The notes beneath the pieces were generated by a model. It worked only from the letters and a program-made list of their open reading frames with translations, was not told the origin of the DNA and did no database searches. A stretch of 64,000 nucleotides of DNA from Cenococcum geophilum (lineage: Eukaryota): positions 9,858,001-9,922,000 of the forward strand of contig CP158636.1 of assembly GCA_050273025.1 (NCBI GenBank), given 5' to 3'. Position 1 is the first letter of the stretch. Each line of letters opens with the position of its first letter. Position numbers and translations under genes: made by a program. Positions 40,239 through 53,670 of the stretch are shown one piece after another.

Positions 40239-43200
40239 TATATAATTATAGCACCTGTTATACCAAACGCGTGCTTACGCGTTCAGTACACCAGGTACGC
40301 GTTTACGCGTTCAGTGCACTAACCACTCGCTTACGCGTCTGGTGCACTTATAAAGCACTAACTAATTAGGGGGGAGGTGCATTAGTATATAGACCACGTA
40401 GTCTACTTTATATAATTGACAGTTACTATCCAAACAAGTATACAATACTATATATATTTTATGCCCGTGGATACGACTTACTTATACTATTAAGTTAGTA
40501 CAAATACTAATTAGTGAGCGCGCACAGATTAGTAATTACTTAATACCTCCCCCTAAGCAATACATATAACAGCAACCACCCGTTTAGACTCCTAGTACAA
40601 CCTACTAGAAGGTTAGAAGTTAGGGATTACGGACTTATCTCTAACTCTATATACTTATTTAAGTCTTAGTACGGTTTACTAAAAGTTATAAACGTAAATA
40701 CAGACCTACACGGAACCCCTATCCTTAACCCCTTTAAACCTTAAACCTCTTTGGACCTTTTATAGAAACCTCTTACCCTCCTATAAACTATTATGGACCC
40801 ATTAATTAATTTTACGAACCGTTATAAGACCTCCCCTACTTATTATAAACTGCTACCACCTGCTACGCACCACACTATACTATAGTATAGCAGATATTAG
40901 CAAGTAAGTTAGCGAAGGTTAAAAGAAGTAGAGATAAGGAGTCGACGTTATATCTATAAACGATATTAACAACTATATTAGTTTTAAAATCCTTAAATAC
41001 AAACACTTTAAGCTTATAAATAACGACCTATAGGAGCAATACTAGGAAGACTTTACGGACTTTACGGAAGCTATTCTTAAGGCCTATAACCCTATTACTA
41101 TTTATAAACTATAAACCCTTTTACGTAACTAAGGTATATAGGTTAAAAGAAATAAATGAGTTACTATTATATAGTCCTTATATAACATAATATATAAGAA
41201 GAACCAAACGGAATAGACTAAAGAGGAAATCCTAGACCAGTTTTAAGAAACTAAGGAACTCTTTACTTCTTCTAAACTTAATATAATCGCTAGCCTTATA
41301 CCTAACCCACTTAACTAAATTTATTCTATAAACCTAAGCAGCTTTAGACTTAACCTTATTGGCCAAAATATACCCTACTCTTAAGTTATAAATTACAACA
41401 CCCCTATAAACTAAAATACGGACTAAATTACCCCTACTATTTAAGTTATAGATCTATAAGCTATATATCTACAAGCTACAGATCTACAAGTTATAGATTT
41501 ATAACTTACTTAAGTAAAGACCTATAGTAAGGAGCTAGCTAACCTAGCTAAGCTCTATACCGACGAATCTAAATATAGCGGTAAAAATAATAATTTTAAT
41601 TTTAAACTAACTATCTTTACAGACCTCTGCTAGAAGGCTAATATTCCTAAATAAGAGTTTAGCTAAGCCTACTCTACTATACTACGCGGCCTAGCACTTA
41701 ACCACTACTACACTAACCTTAAGAGTAACCCCCTTAGTGTCCCCTTTAATAAGCTATGCGAAGCTATCTATAACTACTTTAAAGGACTAGAATATAGGCG
41801 TGATATCCTTACCTAATAGAATGCGACTAAGCTACGGACCGTAATTAATAAGAATACCAAAAAATCGACTATAGAGTATCTACAAATCCTTATTAAAGAC
41901 CTCTGGTACCTATAGCACGGCCTTAACGCCAAGCTTTAAATAAACGACTTCTTACACAATAAACTTATTACGGCTTGCTAGGAAGTAGAGCCCTATAAAT
42001 ACGCCTATTGCAAGCCTATAGACACCTTAGCTAGCCTTATTAATGACCTACACTCCTCTATTATAACGTATAAAGTCTTAAACCCACTAGGCAGCACTTA
42101 AGCCTTCGCTATAAATATTTAATATCCGTAGATAGACTTAGACGTCCACTTTACGGACCACTATTACCGCTAGCAGCACCTATACCGACTAAGTCCTACC
42201 TATAACCCCCGCAGCAACTCCTATATAAAAGTATACCCCCACAGACAAATAAGCTAGAAATGCTTTGTGTGTAGTAAGGAAGAATATTAGTTTATAAGGC
42301 ATACCCAGGAAGAACGTAATAGGTCTAAGAAGAGATTTAATAAACAGATTAGCCAGTTTATCTTAGAATATAAAGGAGAGGAAGAAAAGGAGCCCCCTAA
42401 TAAGTTAATAGAAGCCCTTATAATTAACTTTAACCCAGATAACTAGGAATAGAAGACCCTAAAGACGTTCCTAACTACTTTTAACCCTTTTATAGACAGC
42501 TAAGCCTTTAATATTACAACCGTATTAGCCGACCGTTTCTTTATATACTTAGTTACGCCTAAAAACTATTCTATAAGCACCCCCATTATAAACGTTATAG
42601 ATTATAAGTAGGACCTATTTGCATATATTACTACAGAACGCTATACCCCTAAGGAATTCTACGGTGTTATAATTGACATAGGCGCCTCTAAGAAGTCTAC
42701 TATAGGCTACGGATAATACCTTATATATAGGACCACCGTAAATAATAATATAAATATTAATATTACGCAAACTAGGGCCGTAAACGTCTAATTCGGCATT
42801 AGCTTAACTGCATTAATTAAATTAGTTATAGTTAAGACCCTAATTAGCCTAGTTAACTTCTACATAGTAAAAGCAGACACCTCTTTCTTACTTTGCCTTA
42901 TAGATATAGATAGGTTATAGGTTTACTATAATAATATTACGGATACCTTAATTAGCCCCGCAACTGCCCTAGGAAGCAAGTATATTACCCTACTAATTAT
43001 ATAACAATTTAGACACCCGTTCCTTATATAGGGAGAGACTTTACAGACCTATATTTAGAAATCTTTTAACTATAACCCATACTACCTTACCAGTATAGAA
43101 ATCCACTATCTATACCGCCGTTTCGGCCATCTATTAGCCGAAAAGCTATATAGAGTCCTTAAACGCTCTAGACATGACGACGTTAATAGGAAGGCAGTTA

Positions 43201-46200
43201 ATTACCTAACTAAATATTACTCCTTTTGCTAGAAATACGGACGTTCCCTAGGCCGATTTAAGTTCACCCTTTATAAGGACCTTAACTTTAACTACTTAGT
43301 ATATATAGACATTATATATATTAACGGCAGCCTAGTATTACATATAATTAACAAGGTAACCCGCTACTAAGCCGCCCGTTAGTTGTAAAATATATCTATA
43401 AAGTATACTTGGGATATTTTACGGACCTACTAAATTAATATATACGTTAAACCTCTTAAGTATATTACCTATAACACCAGTAGGAACTTTATTAGTAAGG
43501 AATTCTAGTAGTATGCTATAGCTATAGCTATATTAATAAAAGCTGTTCTAGTTAAGACGTATTAGTCTGTTAGGCTTATTAAGCAAGCTTACCTAGCTCT
43601 ATAGAGAGCTTATTAGATTATTATAGACAAATATAAGGATATTTAAAAGGAACTAGCTTTATAGATGGCCGTAAAAGCCATTAATAACACCGCTAGCCCT
43701 AATAGACTAGTATCTACCTTCTTAGTTTACGGAGCCTACTTAAAGATAAGCAACCTAGGCCCCCTTACCCCGTCTATTATAGAACGAGTAGCTATAATAT
43801 AAAAGGTAATAGCTAAAATAGTTAAATTACGGGCTAAACAAACTATTAATAACGCCCTATACTACCGTAACGGACCTAATATAACCTTAGTATATAACCT
43901 CCCGCTTAACTCTAAAGTCCTTATATAGCGTGAAAGCGGCAGTTAGAATAAACCTTATTATTTACTAGCTGTAGAAAATAAGACGTGCTGCGTATAGCTT
44001 TCTAGTAGGCTAACTAGCTTTAGAAGTACGTCCGTAAAACCCTACTTTTGGCCTAAAAACACCTATAATATTAAGCTAGATAAACTAGAAGCAACCGCTA
44101 AACTAGATAAACTAGAAACGACTACTAAATTAGATAAACTAGAGGCACCCTTACCTACCCTAGAGGTCTCCTAGAAACCTACTAAACCTACTAAACCTGC
44201 TATAAAGTGTAGCTAAGGACGCCCCCGTAAGAATCCCGTAATAGAGAACTACTTAACCTCTATAGGCATATCTATAAAGTAATCTCCGCCTATAGATATA
44301 TTAGTTCTAGTATAGGAAACCCCTTTTATAGACTTATAGCGTAAAGAGATTAACGGACTACTTAAAAAGGGTATCTTTATAATTATAATAGAGAGAGATG
44401 TTCCGTAAGGCGTCCGTATATTTAACTTATACTTTGTTAATAAGATTAAGCACCCTAGTATTAATAAAGCCTTTAAGAAATTAAGGCCTATTATATAAGC
44501 TTATAACAACTAGGGAAAGGACCTAGTCTTTACGTAATTGCCTATAATTTAATGGGTTAGTTAATAGATTATACTCGTACTTATACCTAGACTATAGTAA
44601 ACTAAATCCGTAGCCCTTTACTTATGGGATATCTTATAAGCCTATATGCAGTTTAATACCTACCTAAATAGGGATATCTTTATACGACTACCCTATAAGC
44701 TTAACCTATAACTAGGAACAATTTTATAGGTTGTAAAACCTCTTTATAGAGTACTAGAAGCTAGAAACTATTGGTTTAAGATATACTACTAGCACTATAT
44801 TAGTAAACTTAAAATGGAACAGTTAACCTATAACCCCTGCCTCCTATATAGCCTATTAAACGGCCTTAGTATTATTGGACTCCAAATAGATAATACCCTC
44901 TTCTTAGCAGACTAGACATTTACGGACGCTAAAGAGACTAAACTATAAGAAGTTAAGTTCCTAGCAAAGCCGCGAAAGTAGTTAACTAAGTAGACTCTAA
45001 TTAAGTTTAACGGAGGCTTAATTATATAAAAGGGCAACTTAATCTAGCTAACCTAGGAACGCTAAGCTTAAAACCTAAAGCTTATTATAGTAAAGCCTAC
45101 GGACCTTACTAGTTCCTACGGAGAGACCTATAAGACCGTAAATATAAAGGACTAATACGCTGTATAGCGTATAAGAGGCGCTTATATTACTATAGTCTGC
45201 CAACCTAAATCTGCCTATAACTTGTCCTTTATGGCCTAGGTAGTAGATCCGTAAGAAGAAAATATTAAGTAGCTTAATAAGCGCATTTAGTAGCAAATTA
45301 ATAATATAGTAAGGGGACTTACTTTTATACCACTAGACCTAAGTTCCCTTAGCTTACTAGCATTTATAGACGCCTCCTTTACTAATAATAAAGACCTATT
45401 ATTATAAATTGGCTTTATAATTATACTTATAGACCACAATTAGGACGTAAATATACTATACTAGTCTTTAATTAAGTGTAAATAAGTAACCTATAGTATA
45501 CTAGCTTCTAAACTATATACACTAGCTTATAGATTTAATATAGCAGCCGCAATCAAATTAACGGTCTAAAAGATTCTATAACTAGAGTAGTTACCCCTAG
45601 TTTTATACACTAATTTAAAGTCCCTTTATAACTGCCTAGTTAAACTAGGTACGATATAAGAGAAGAGGCTTATAGTTAACCTAATATGCTTATATTAGGC
45701 CTATAAACGACGTAAGATTATGGAGGTTAAATGGATTAGTAGCAGAGATAACCTAGTAAACGCTATAACTAAGGCAAAGCCATGTTAAGCCCTTAAAACC
45801 CTAATTAATACGAATAAGCTTAATCTAAAAGTTATAAAATAGGTAGAACGGGACTAACGGAGTACCTACGGTACGCCTACGGCCCGTTAGAAGGCCGTAC
45901 GGCTTATTATACGGCCTATTCTATGGACCGTAAGCTATTAGGTGGAAAAACGGTGGAAAGCTATAATAGAACTTAGTAGACTTACGTAACCTGCTAAATT
46001 CTGCTATATTCTACTATAGCAGTTAAATTAAATAATTACGATTTTCTATACCGGGCATAGAAAATTACCATTAGCTTGCTTAGCACTAGCGCCTTAGCGG
46101 CCCTTAAAATCTAACTTATGGCTTATCTACTGCCCGTTAAAAGGCTGTACGGTTTATTTTACGGACCGTAAGCAGGACTTACGGCTAGCTTAAGGTACCG

Positions 46201-46594
46201 TTTGGAAGGCAGCCTAGACGGCACCTTAGGGGAGATTTCCTATATATTTTCCTTTATGTTCTATAGTTTTATTAAAGCAATTACGGAGGCTGTATATAGG
46301 TGGTTTCATTTTTTAAGTACTGCTAGTGTATAATTACAGCACCTGTTATACCAAACACGTGCTTACACGTTCGGTACACTAGGTACGCGTTTACGCGTTT
46401 AGTGCACTAACCACTCGCTTACACGTCTGGTGCACTTATAAAGCACTAACTAATTAAGGGGGAGGTGCATTAGTATATAGACCACGTAGTCTACTTTATA
46501 TAATTGACAGTTACCATCTAAACAAGCATACAATACTACATGTATTTCGTGCCCGTGGATACGACTTACTCGTGCTATTAAGTTAGTACGAATA
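40239..46594 (+). mobile_element. Full-length GalEa-type Copia retrotransposon C1, RIP-inactivated
   Basis: 268-bp LTRs 40239-40506 and 46327-46594; TSD GTTAA; CTAATTAGTG after the 5' LTR; protease IDTGAS (~42670), integrase, RT GLQTDDTL (~44880), RNase H FTDASF (~45365). Confidence 0.95.
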
Positions 46595-47464
46595 GTTAAA
46601 TAGTATTACCTGGAAGGATAAGTATTCTTTACCCTTAATTAGTAAAATCTAGGATTGGATAGGCAATATATAAATCTTTATAAAAATAGATCTAAAATAG
46701 GCGTACTATTAGATTAGAATTAAGGAAGGTAATAAATAAAAGGCAGCCTTTAGGTTAAGAGAAGAACTATATAAGCTATTAATTATATAGTTTGGATTAA
46801 TAAATATACCTATAATATTTTAGAAATAAATCAATAGCGTATTAGGAGAATACCTTAATAATATTATTATCTACTTAATAACTAAGGAAGAATATAGGGA
46901 ATATATTAAATGGGTTTTAAAGAGACTATAAGAAGAATAGATACTAGTAGTAATTAAAAAATACAAGTTCTTTACAAGGAAGACCAATTTTATTAGATTT
47001 ATTATTAAACTAAGTTATATTAGTATAGATCTAAAGAAAATTAAAGCTATAGTAAGTTAGTAATAATTAGAAAACGTAATATAGTTAAGGTTATTCTTAG
47101 GGTTTTACAACTACTATAAAAGGTTTATAGTATAATAGTTAAAAATATTAAACTGTTTACTAGGCCCATAAAGAAGGAGGAACTATAGGTATAGGGAGAC
47201 AAATAAAGGAAGCTATTTAAAAAAAACTTAAGGAACTGTTTACCTAGGAGCCAATTCTTAAAATCTACCAACTAGGACTAGATATGGTTGTAGTGTGGTG
47301 GTGTAGATTAGACGTCGCCTACTGTCTTGGCATTTTCCTATATTTATAGAGCCTTCGGCTTCCTTCCTTCTTCCCTCTATTATATATACATATCACGACC
47401 TTACCAGTTACCGGAAATACACTCTTTTCTTTCTTTCTTACTGACTGTTCTACTGACTGATTAC

Positions 47465-47524
47465 GACTGATAGACCGACCGACCGACCGACTGACTGACT
47501 GACTGACTGACTGACTGACTGACA
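47465..47524 (+). repeat. (GACC)n(GACT)n microsatellite in the G6 5' LTR
   Basis: Directly visible. Confidence 0.95.
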
Positions 47525-48665
47525 GCACTGTGACTTTCCTATCTTAGAGAGGTCGTACCCTCCCATATATTTTATGGCATTCCACGTGGGGACGACGGCA
47601 AGCTCTTTGGATTAGAAGTCTGGCACTCTATATACAACTATATACACAGGAGACACGCAGGAACATACTACGACTACAGAAGAACTGCTAGCTGTAGAAG
47701 AACGACCAGCTGTAAAGGAACCGCCAGCTAGATAGACGAGATAGTAGAAGCAGAGAACTAGGTAGTATTGGACAGCGAGGGGAACTAGCAGACCCTGAAT
47801 AGAAAGACTGCGGAAAAGATAGGACGGCCAGACTTAATGCATAGGCTAAAGAGTGGCAATAAGAGGCAAAAGGGTGTAGGTTAAAAGGTCTCGGCAATTG
47901 GATTTGGTGCCCGTACTTAGGGATTGGACGTTAAGCAAACCAGCGAGCCAATTAGACAACTTCGGCTGACCGTTGCAGCTACCCGATACTTGCTACCCGC
48001 GCACGAGCATGGCCAGACCTTTATTAAAGATATAGAGACGGCAAGCCAAGGGCCAATTAATTAGATGGAAACGAGATCTAAAGTATCTGGCGGTAAAGGA
48101 GGTCGGTACTGCCCTTTGGGAACAAAGGATATAATACTAAGTAAGGTCGCAAGTATACGAGATCAGATCTGTCCTTGAAAGTTTCCTATTCTGGCTTAGC
48201 TTTATCTTCTTTCGAGTACTTCGGATCGTGTTAGCGGCAGCTGTAGAGGCGTTCTATGAAGAAGTAGATATAGGCAGAAGCGTAAGGCTTAGCAGTACCC
48301 TACCGCGCGGAATGACAGTAGGTTAAAACGGACGAACGCATTAAGACTCGGTGGTAGTGCTTTCCTAGGGAGACCCCCCCTCAGGCGTTAAGAAGTAGGT
48401 GCCCTCTGTTAGGGACATGGCTGTATAAGTGGACTAGCCGCAACATGCACCTGTTAAGGTGCTACTAGGACGGCTATCTGAGACACCCTCTGTTAAGACC
48501 ACGGCCATGTAAGCAGACCTACCGCAGCGTTTGCTTGTGATACCTAGGACTGACGACCCTTAGTAGACGAAGGATATGAACCGTAAGGGCCACCTGTAAG
48601 CTCCTGAGGAAGCTCTAGATGCACCTTATAGCCAGCAGTTGACGGCTTAAGATAAGGTTTACGTC

Positions 48666-50190
48666 ATGGTCTAGCCTATGCCAGCCCTAGGAGCTATGGG
48701 AACTCCCTACTTCGCAGGATAGAACGTGTCGTAGTTTATCGAGCAGTACGAGCGGTTATGCGCATAATACCACGTGGTGAGTGTAGAGAAGCACTAAGGC
48801 CTTTTAGAGTACTGCGATTACTAGATAGGGATGTGGATCTAAAGCCTGCCTGAGTTTACAGCTAGCAATTGGATGGAGCTTATAAGAAAGCTTAGGACTA
48901 AATATTGAGCGGACGACTACTACCGACGCATGGAGACAAGAGACTTCGTGGAAGCTTTCGTTCGGAAGTTAGCGGAGCAGCTAGGAGATCTGCGACACTA
49001 TATGCAAGATTTCACCAGTATCTCAGCTAAAGCGGTAGCCGCAGGAAACCTTACTAAGTAAGAAAAGGGGCGATGGTTTATACAAGGACTTCCTACCGAA
49101 TACTGTAGGCATGTAATGGAAAAGATAGGAGCCGTAGCAGACGAGCCTAGAACCCTTATTTTTGAAAGACTAAAGGAGGCCGTAGAGTTAAGGATAGTGG
49201 CTGTAGAGGGCGCTAAGCGAATGGATGTCCTTTTGGAAGAAGACGCCCTAAATGTCCAGCTTATGCAGGAGCTACGGCAGTAAAGGGATAGGCTCGACCG
49301 CAGGAGAGAAGGAAGGCTTCTGGACTTAGGTGTACACAGAGGAGCCCTAATACAGCAGTAGTCACCTGCTATAGATTAGGCTACAGTTCAAAGCCTAGTA
49401 TAAGGATATAGCCTAGCACAAGGGTATAAAGACTGGCAGAACAGTACCCGAGCTCCCTTTATCCTATAAGACTGTCGGCCTCCGCAAGGCTCTTAATATC
49501 CGCAAGGTTCTCGATATCCGCAGGACTCCCGATATCCGCAAGATTCTGCCTTTAGACGGCCGCAGTGGGATGTACGGGGTTAGTAGGACACGCGAGGGCA
49601 ATGCCGACAGACCTGTTTTGGATGCGGAGGAAGTCACCATTTCACTGAGTACGAATGCCAAGGGCTAAAGGATCTTATTTAGCAAGGATTTGTATATCTG
49701 TCTAATTAAGGAAGACTAGTAGCTGGGACGCGCAAACGACCTGGACCTGAACTTCCGTGGCTCGGTAATAAAGGATGACTAAAAGGTATTAAGAACTGGC
49801 TTTAACAGACGTAGTAACAGGCCCCTATAGTATGAACGGATTTCACTGCTTTCTATGACGGAGTAGTGCTAAAGAACAGTGACAAAATGCGTATAAACTG
49901 GGAGGACTACTATCAAGTACGGCTAACGGACTTAGTAGTAACATCCAGCCAGAAACGTCCGCAGACCCTTAGAGACAGCCGTGTGACCAGGACAGCCATT
50001 GACCTGCAGGCTCCGCAGCAGGAGAAGGATGTACGATTAGGGGATTGTATCCAGATTAAGTCACAGCCTGCGGATGAGACAGCTGAAGCTAGGAAGAATG
50101 AATCGTCTGATCCTTGGAGACGGTCTTGGAGACGGACGCTTGACTAGTAGGCTCCGCAGTAGGCTCCGCAGCAGGCTCCGCAGTAGGTGT
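48666..50190 (+). pseudogene. Gag-like ORF relic of G6 (may start further upstream)
   Basis: De-RIP reading MPALGAMGTPYFAGQNVSQFIEQYERLC...LEYCDY...W..L.RKLRTEY and Cys/His knuckle TCFGCGGSHH...C (~49610); QQAP repeats at the end. Confidence 0.75.
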
Positions 50191-50349
50191 AGGATGTTTG
50201 ACTAGGGGATAGTTAAGTTCTGAGGTGGGGGAGGGGATGCAGGTAACGGCTGTATAAAAAGATTTCTATTTGTCTGCTTAATTACAGCATTTCCTAAAGC
50301 CCCTTTTCTTTTCTTGATCGCGACGCGTTAAGACGCGTTAGTCACGACG

Positions 50350-50480
50350 ACCTACTGCTGTAAGGATGTCAGCTCAGCTCACTGCCTGTCACCGAGCTAA
50401 TAGCAATTTTCCATCCCGGGGACGGAAAATCCTGATTGGTCCATTCAGCAGTAGAACCGGCAGAACTCTATACCGCCCCT
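50350..50480. promoter_or_regulatory. Best-preserved copy of the shared palindrome/CCAAT module; regulatory role inferred only
   Basis: GAGCTAATAGCAATTTTCCATCCCGGGGACGGAAAATCCTGATTGGTCC; homologues at 11261, 20882, 25364 and, inverted, at ~46030-46080. Confidence 0.5.
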
Positions 50481-53400
50481 AGAATTCGATGATGCGCCAG
50501 CTGCACGACGAGAACGGCACTAAGAGCCTTAATTGATTGCACGGATACAGAGCCGATTGTACGAGCCAGATGTAGAGCTGTACGCAGAGCCTTGATCGAA
50601 CGACTGTACGGAAGCCTTGGTCTTGAATGACCGCATAGAAGCTATAGTCAGTCGAAGGATCGAATTAAGCCAGAGCCTCGATATTAGCACGTCGCCGTCA
50701 CTGAATTGAATTAGTCGAATGTCGTTAAATTAGAGCCTTCGACCAGGCCGACTTTGTTCCTTATTCGAACAACAGCTGATTGCAGCTCTGCCCTGCTACC
50801 CGAATTTAGTACTGTACCGGCTGCACGATGAGAACGGACACCGCGATAAGGAAGGGACTTATACAAAGGCAGCAGCATGATATTAGTGATAAAGTACCGC
50901 GTGCTTAGGCTATCCTCATGCGACCAAAGACAGGATAAAGCCGTATCTGGCTAAGCTAGTGAAGGACCTTGTCGAGGACTACAAGGGAAACAGGAATTGG
51001 ACGTATAGGAGCCAGCGCTTTTCCTTGGAGGTTGTCTAATAAAGGACTGTATTATGGACATAAGGCCAAGGGATATATAACAGAGGTAGTCACAATAGCC
51101 GAGAAGCTGCTACCGGATGGTTTTAAAGGACGACTTAGATAAAGTATGGAGTTAGTAGGACAGCAATTAAGAGACTAGAAGCAGAAGATAATCCCAAGAA
51201 GGCTCTTAAGCCGGAGGAAGATTAAGGATGCGCGAGCGTACTGCTAGCAGCGGGAACAAAGAAGCAGCCGTAAAAGCCTAAGGATGCACCAAAGAAGCTA
51301 AGAGCAAGGACGGTTCAGGAAAGGAAGAAAGCAGCTGTCAGGGACATTCTATAAAAGCGCTAGGCCTGTTATAGTAGTTCAGAGGAAGCTACCGTTAGTG
51401 CTCGCAAAGAAGGAGGTCTTAAGACAGGTCTCTGGATTGGACGTCTAGTGGACACTAAGAGCCCTGATTATACGATGCGGAGCCTTGATTGATTGCATGG
51501 ATGCAGAGCTTTGATAGAACGACTGCACAGCCAGAGTCTTGATCGATTGTCCGTAGATGCAGAGCCTACGGATGCAGAACCCAGGTCGTACGCACAGCAG
51601 AAGACACCTTGAGTTAAGCCAGAGCCTTAGTCAAATCCTGATTAGTCGAACGCCGCCTATACAAGTTAAGTCGTTAAATTAGAGCCTTCGGTCGGGCCGA
51701 CCTAATACCCTATTTGAACGTCAGTTGATTGTACGTTGTCACAGTCAAATTAAATCAGTCACCGTCGCCGTCAGACGTCTTCGATCGGCAGTTAAAGATG
51801 CATCACCACAGGCACGCAGGCACGCAGGCACTAGACCTAATCAGGAAATCAGCATACGGCCGACAGAACGTCAGAAGCACAGCCAATCAACGTCTTAGAG
51901 CCTTTGCGAGAGCTTCTTCCCTTAGCTGTTTTCCCCCCCTTATTAATCGATTGCTGCCCGTCTTGACGCCCACGGATTGGTTAACTAGAACGATCTTTCC
52001 TGCAGATATAGATACGGAGCATTACACGGAGTCTCACACGGAGTCGTATATGGACCCTACGGATATGGAGCATACAGGTGCAGAGCCTTAATTGGACAAC
52101 AGCACGGCAGCTTGACTGGACGCCTATATATGCGAAGCCTTAATTGATTGTCTATGGATGTAAAACCTTAGTTGTATATGCAGCAGAAGACACCTTGAGT
52201 CAAGCCAGGGCCTCATTAGGTCTTAATTAGCTGAACGCCGTTTCCGCATTTAAATCAGGATAATCAGAGCCTTTGACCGGGCCGACTTTCTACCTTAATT
52301 AAACGACCGAACGATTAGTTGCAGCACGTCGTCGCCGACTAATTAGACAGTCTTTGTCTGGCAATCAAAGCAGGCATGCAGGCACGCACGTGGACACTAG
52401 GCCTATATAGTAAATCAGTACACGGTCGGTAGATCGTTGGAAGCATCACTAGTCGACGTTTTAGAACTACGGACGTAGACACCCACGCAGACATGGACGC
52501 AGACTATGCAATGCAGAGCTACTAATGCACAGCCAGATGCACAGTCAGCCGCACAGTTAGATGCAGAGCTATGCGGACGTAAAGCTTGGCGATGTAGGGC
52601 CTGATGCAACGCCACGGATAGAGCCTTAATTGAGAGCTGTGTATGATGCAGACCGATGCAGATCTAGGTATAGAGCCTTGATATTAAATGACCAGCCAAA
52701 CCACCGAGTCGGGTTATAGCCTCTGCCGTCTTGATCGACTGCCCTACTACCGCCACCGCTGCTGCTGTCACTATTCCGCTCAGCTATTTTGTCCTTATTG
52801 TCTTGACCGACTGCTCTGTCTCTACCGTCCTAGATCTGTACCGCTGCTAGGTCTATTTACTGCTGGATCTGCTAGGCCTGTTATGCCGTTCTATACTGCT
52901 ATTCTAGCCGATCTATTCTACTGCTGCCGACCAGCTGTTCTACCGCTACCACTACTGCCGCTGCTATTCCGACTGTTCTGTTCTATTGTTCTGATTGTTC
53001 TATTGCTACCGTTCTAACTAACTGCTACTGACTAACTGCTACCGAGATTTCTGCTACTAAAAGTTCTGCTGCTGGATGTCCTATTATTTACTATTACCGA
53101 ATTCTTCTACCGAGTATTCTACCGCGCTGACTGTCTACCGTATTACTATTGCTACTACCGTTACTGTTGCTGCTGTTACTGCTGTTGCTACTGTTACTGC
53201 TGCCGCTATTATTTCTAGTTTACTGCTGTCCTAGTTGCTACTAGTAGGAAGGTTAGATCTTAGCTATGGGTAACGGAAGGACACCGTAGAACAGTTCTAT
53301 AGGAAGGCTGAGGATATAGTTACCTACGTTCGTTTAGGGATATGCTTTCCTTTGTCTATTCTGCTTTTGCTATACTCTTATTTTGCTATTCTTCTATATT

Positions 53401-53610
53401 GTAGAACGTTAGGGGACAACGTTCTTGGCGGGGGAGGTATGTGGTGGTGTAGATTGGACGTCGCCTACTGTCTTGGCATTTTCCTATATTTATAGAGCCT
53501 TCGGCTTCCTTCTTTCTTCCCTCTATTATATATACATATCACGACCTTACCAGTTACCGGAAATACACTCTTTTCTTTCTTTCTTACTGACTGTTCTACT
53601 GACTGATTAC

Positions 53611-53670
53611 GACTGACAGACCGACCGACCGACCGACCGACTGACTGACTGACTGACTGACTGACTGACA
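53611..53670 (+). repeat. (GACC)n(GACT)n microsatellite in the G6 3' LTR
   Basis: Directly visible. Confidence 0.95.

Noticed and set aside
44083..44155. 27-bp tandem repeat (x3) in C1, and 15-bp repeats near 41450-41510
   Set aside because: Ordinary in-frame linker expansions within the Copia polyprotein
47319..47528. ORF MLSVSQSVSQ... and its twin at 53465-53674
   Set aside because: Translation of the LTR microsatellite, duplicated only because the LTR is duplicated
50401..50480. Hammerhead ribozyme reading of the shared module (CTGA...GAAA)
   Set aside because: No CTGANGA core in the required order and pairing with GAAA; occurrence in both orientations favours a DNA-level element
51729..52091. 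120-aa ORF
   Set aside because: Non-ATG start within the repeat patchwork of G6; expected by chance in lightly RIP'd, GC-richer DNA
52688..53017. 109-aa Cys/Leu-rich ORF, possible effector or membrane protein
   Set aside because: Arises from a low-complexity CTG/CCG tract inside G6; no recognisable domain or N-terminal signal
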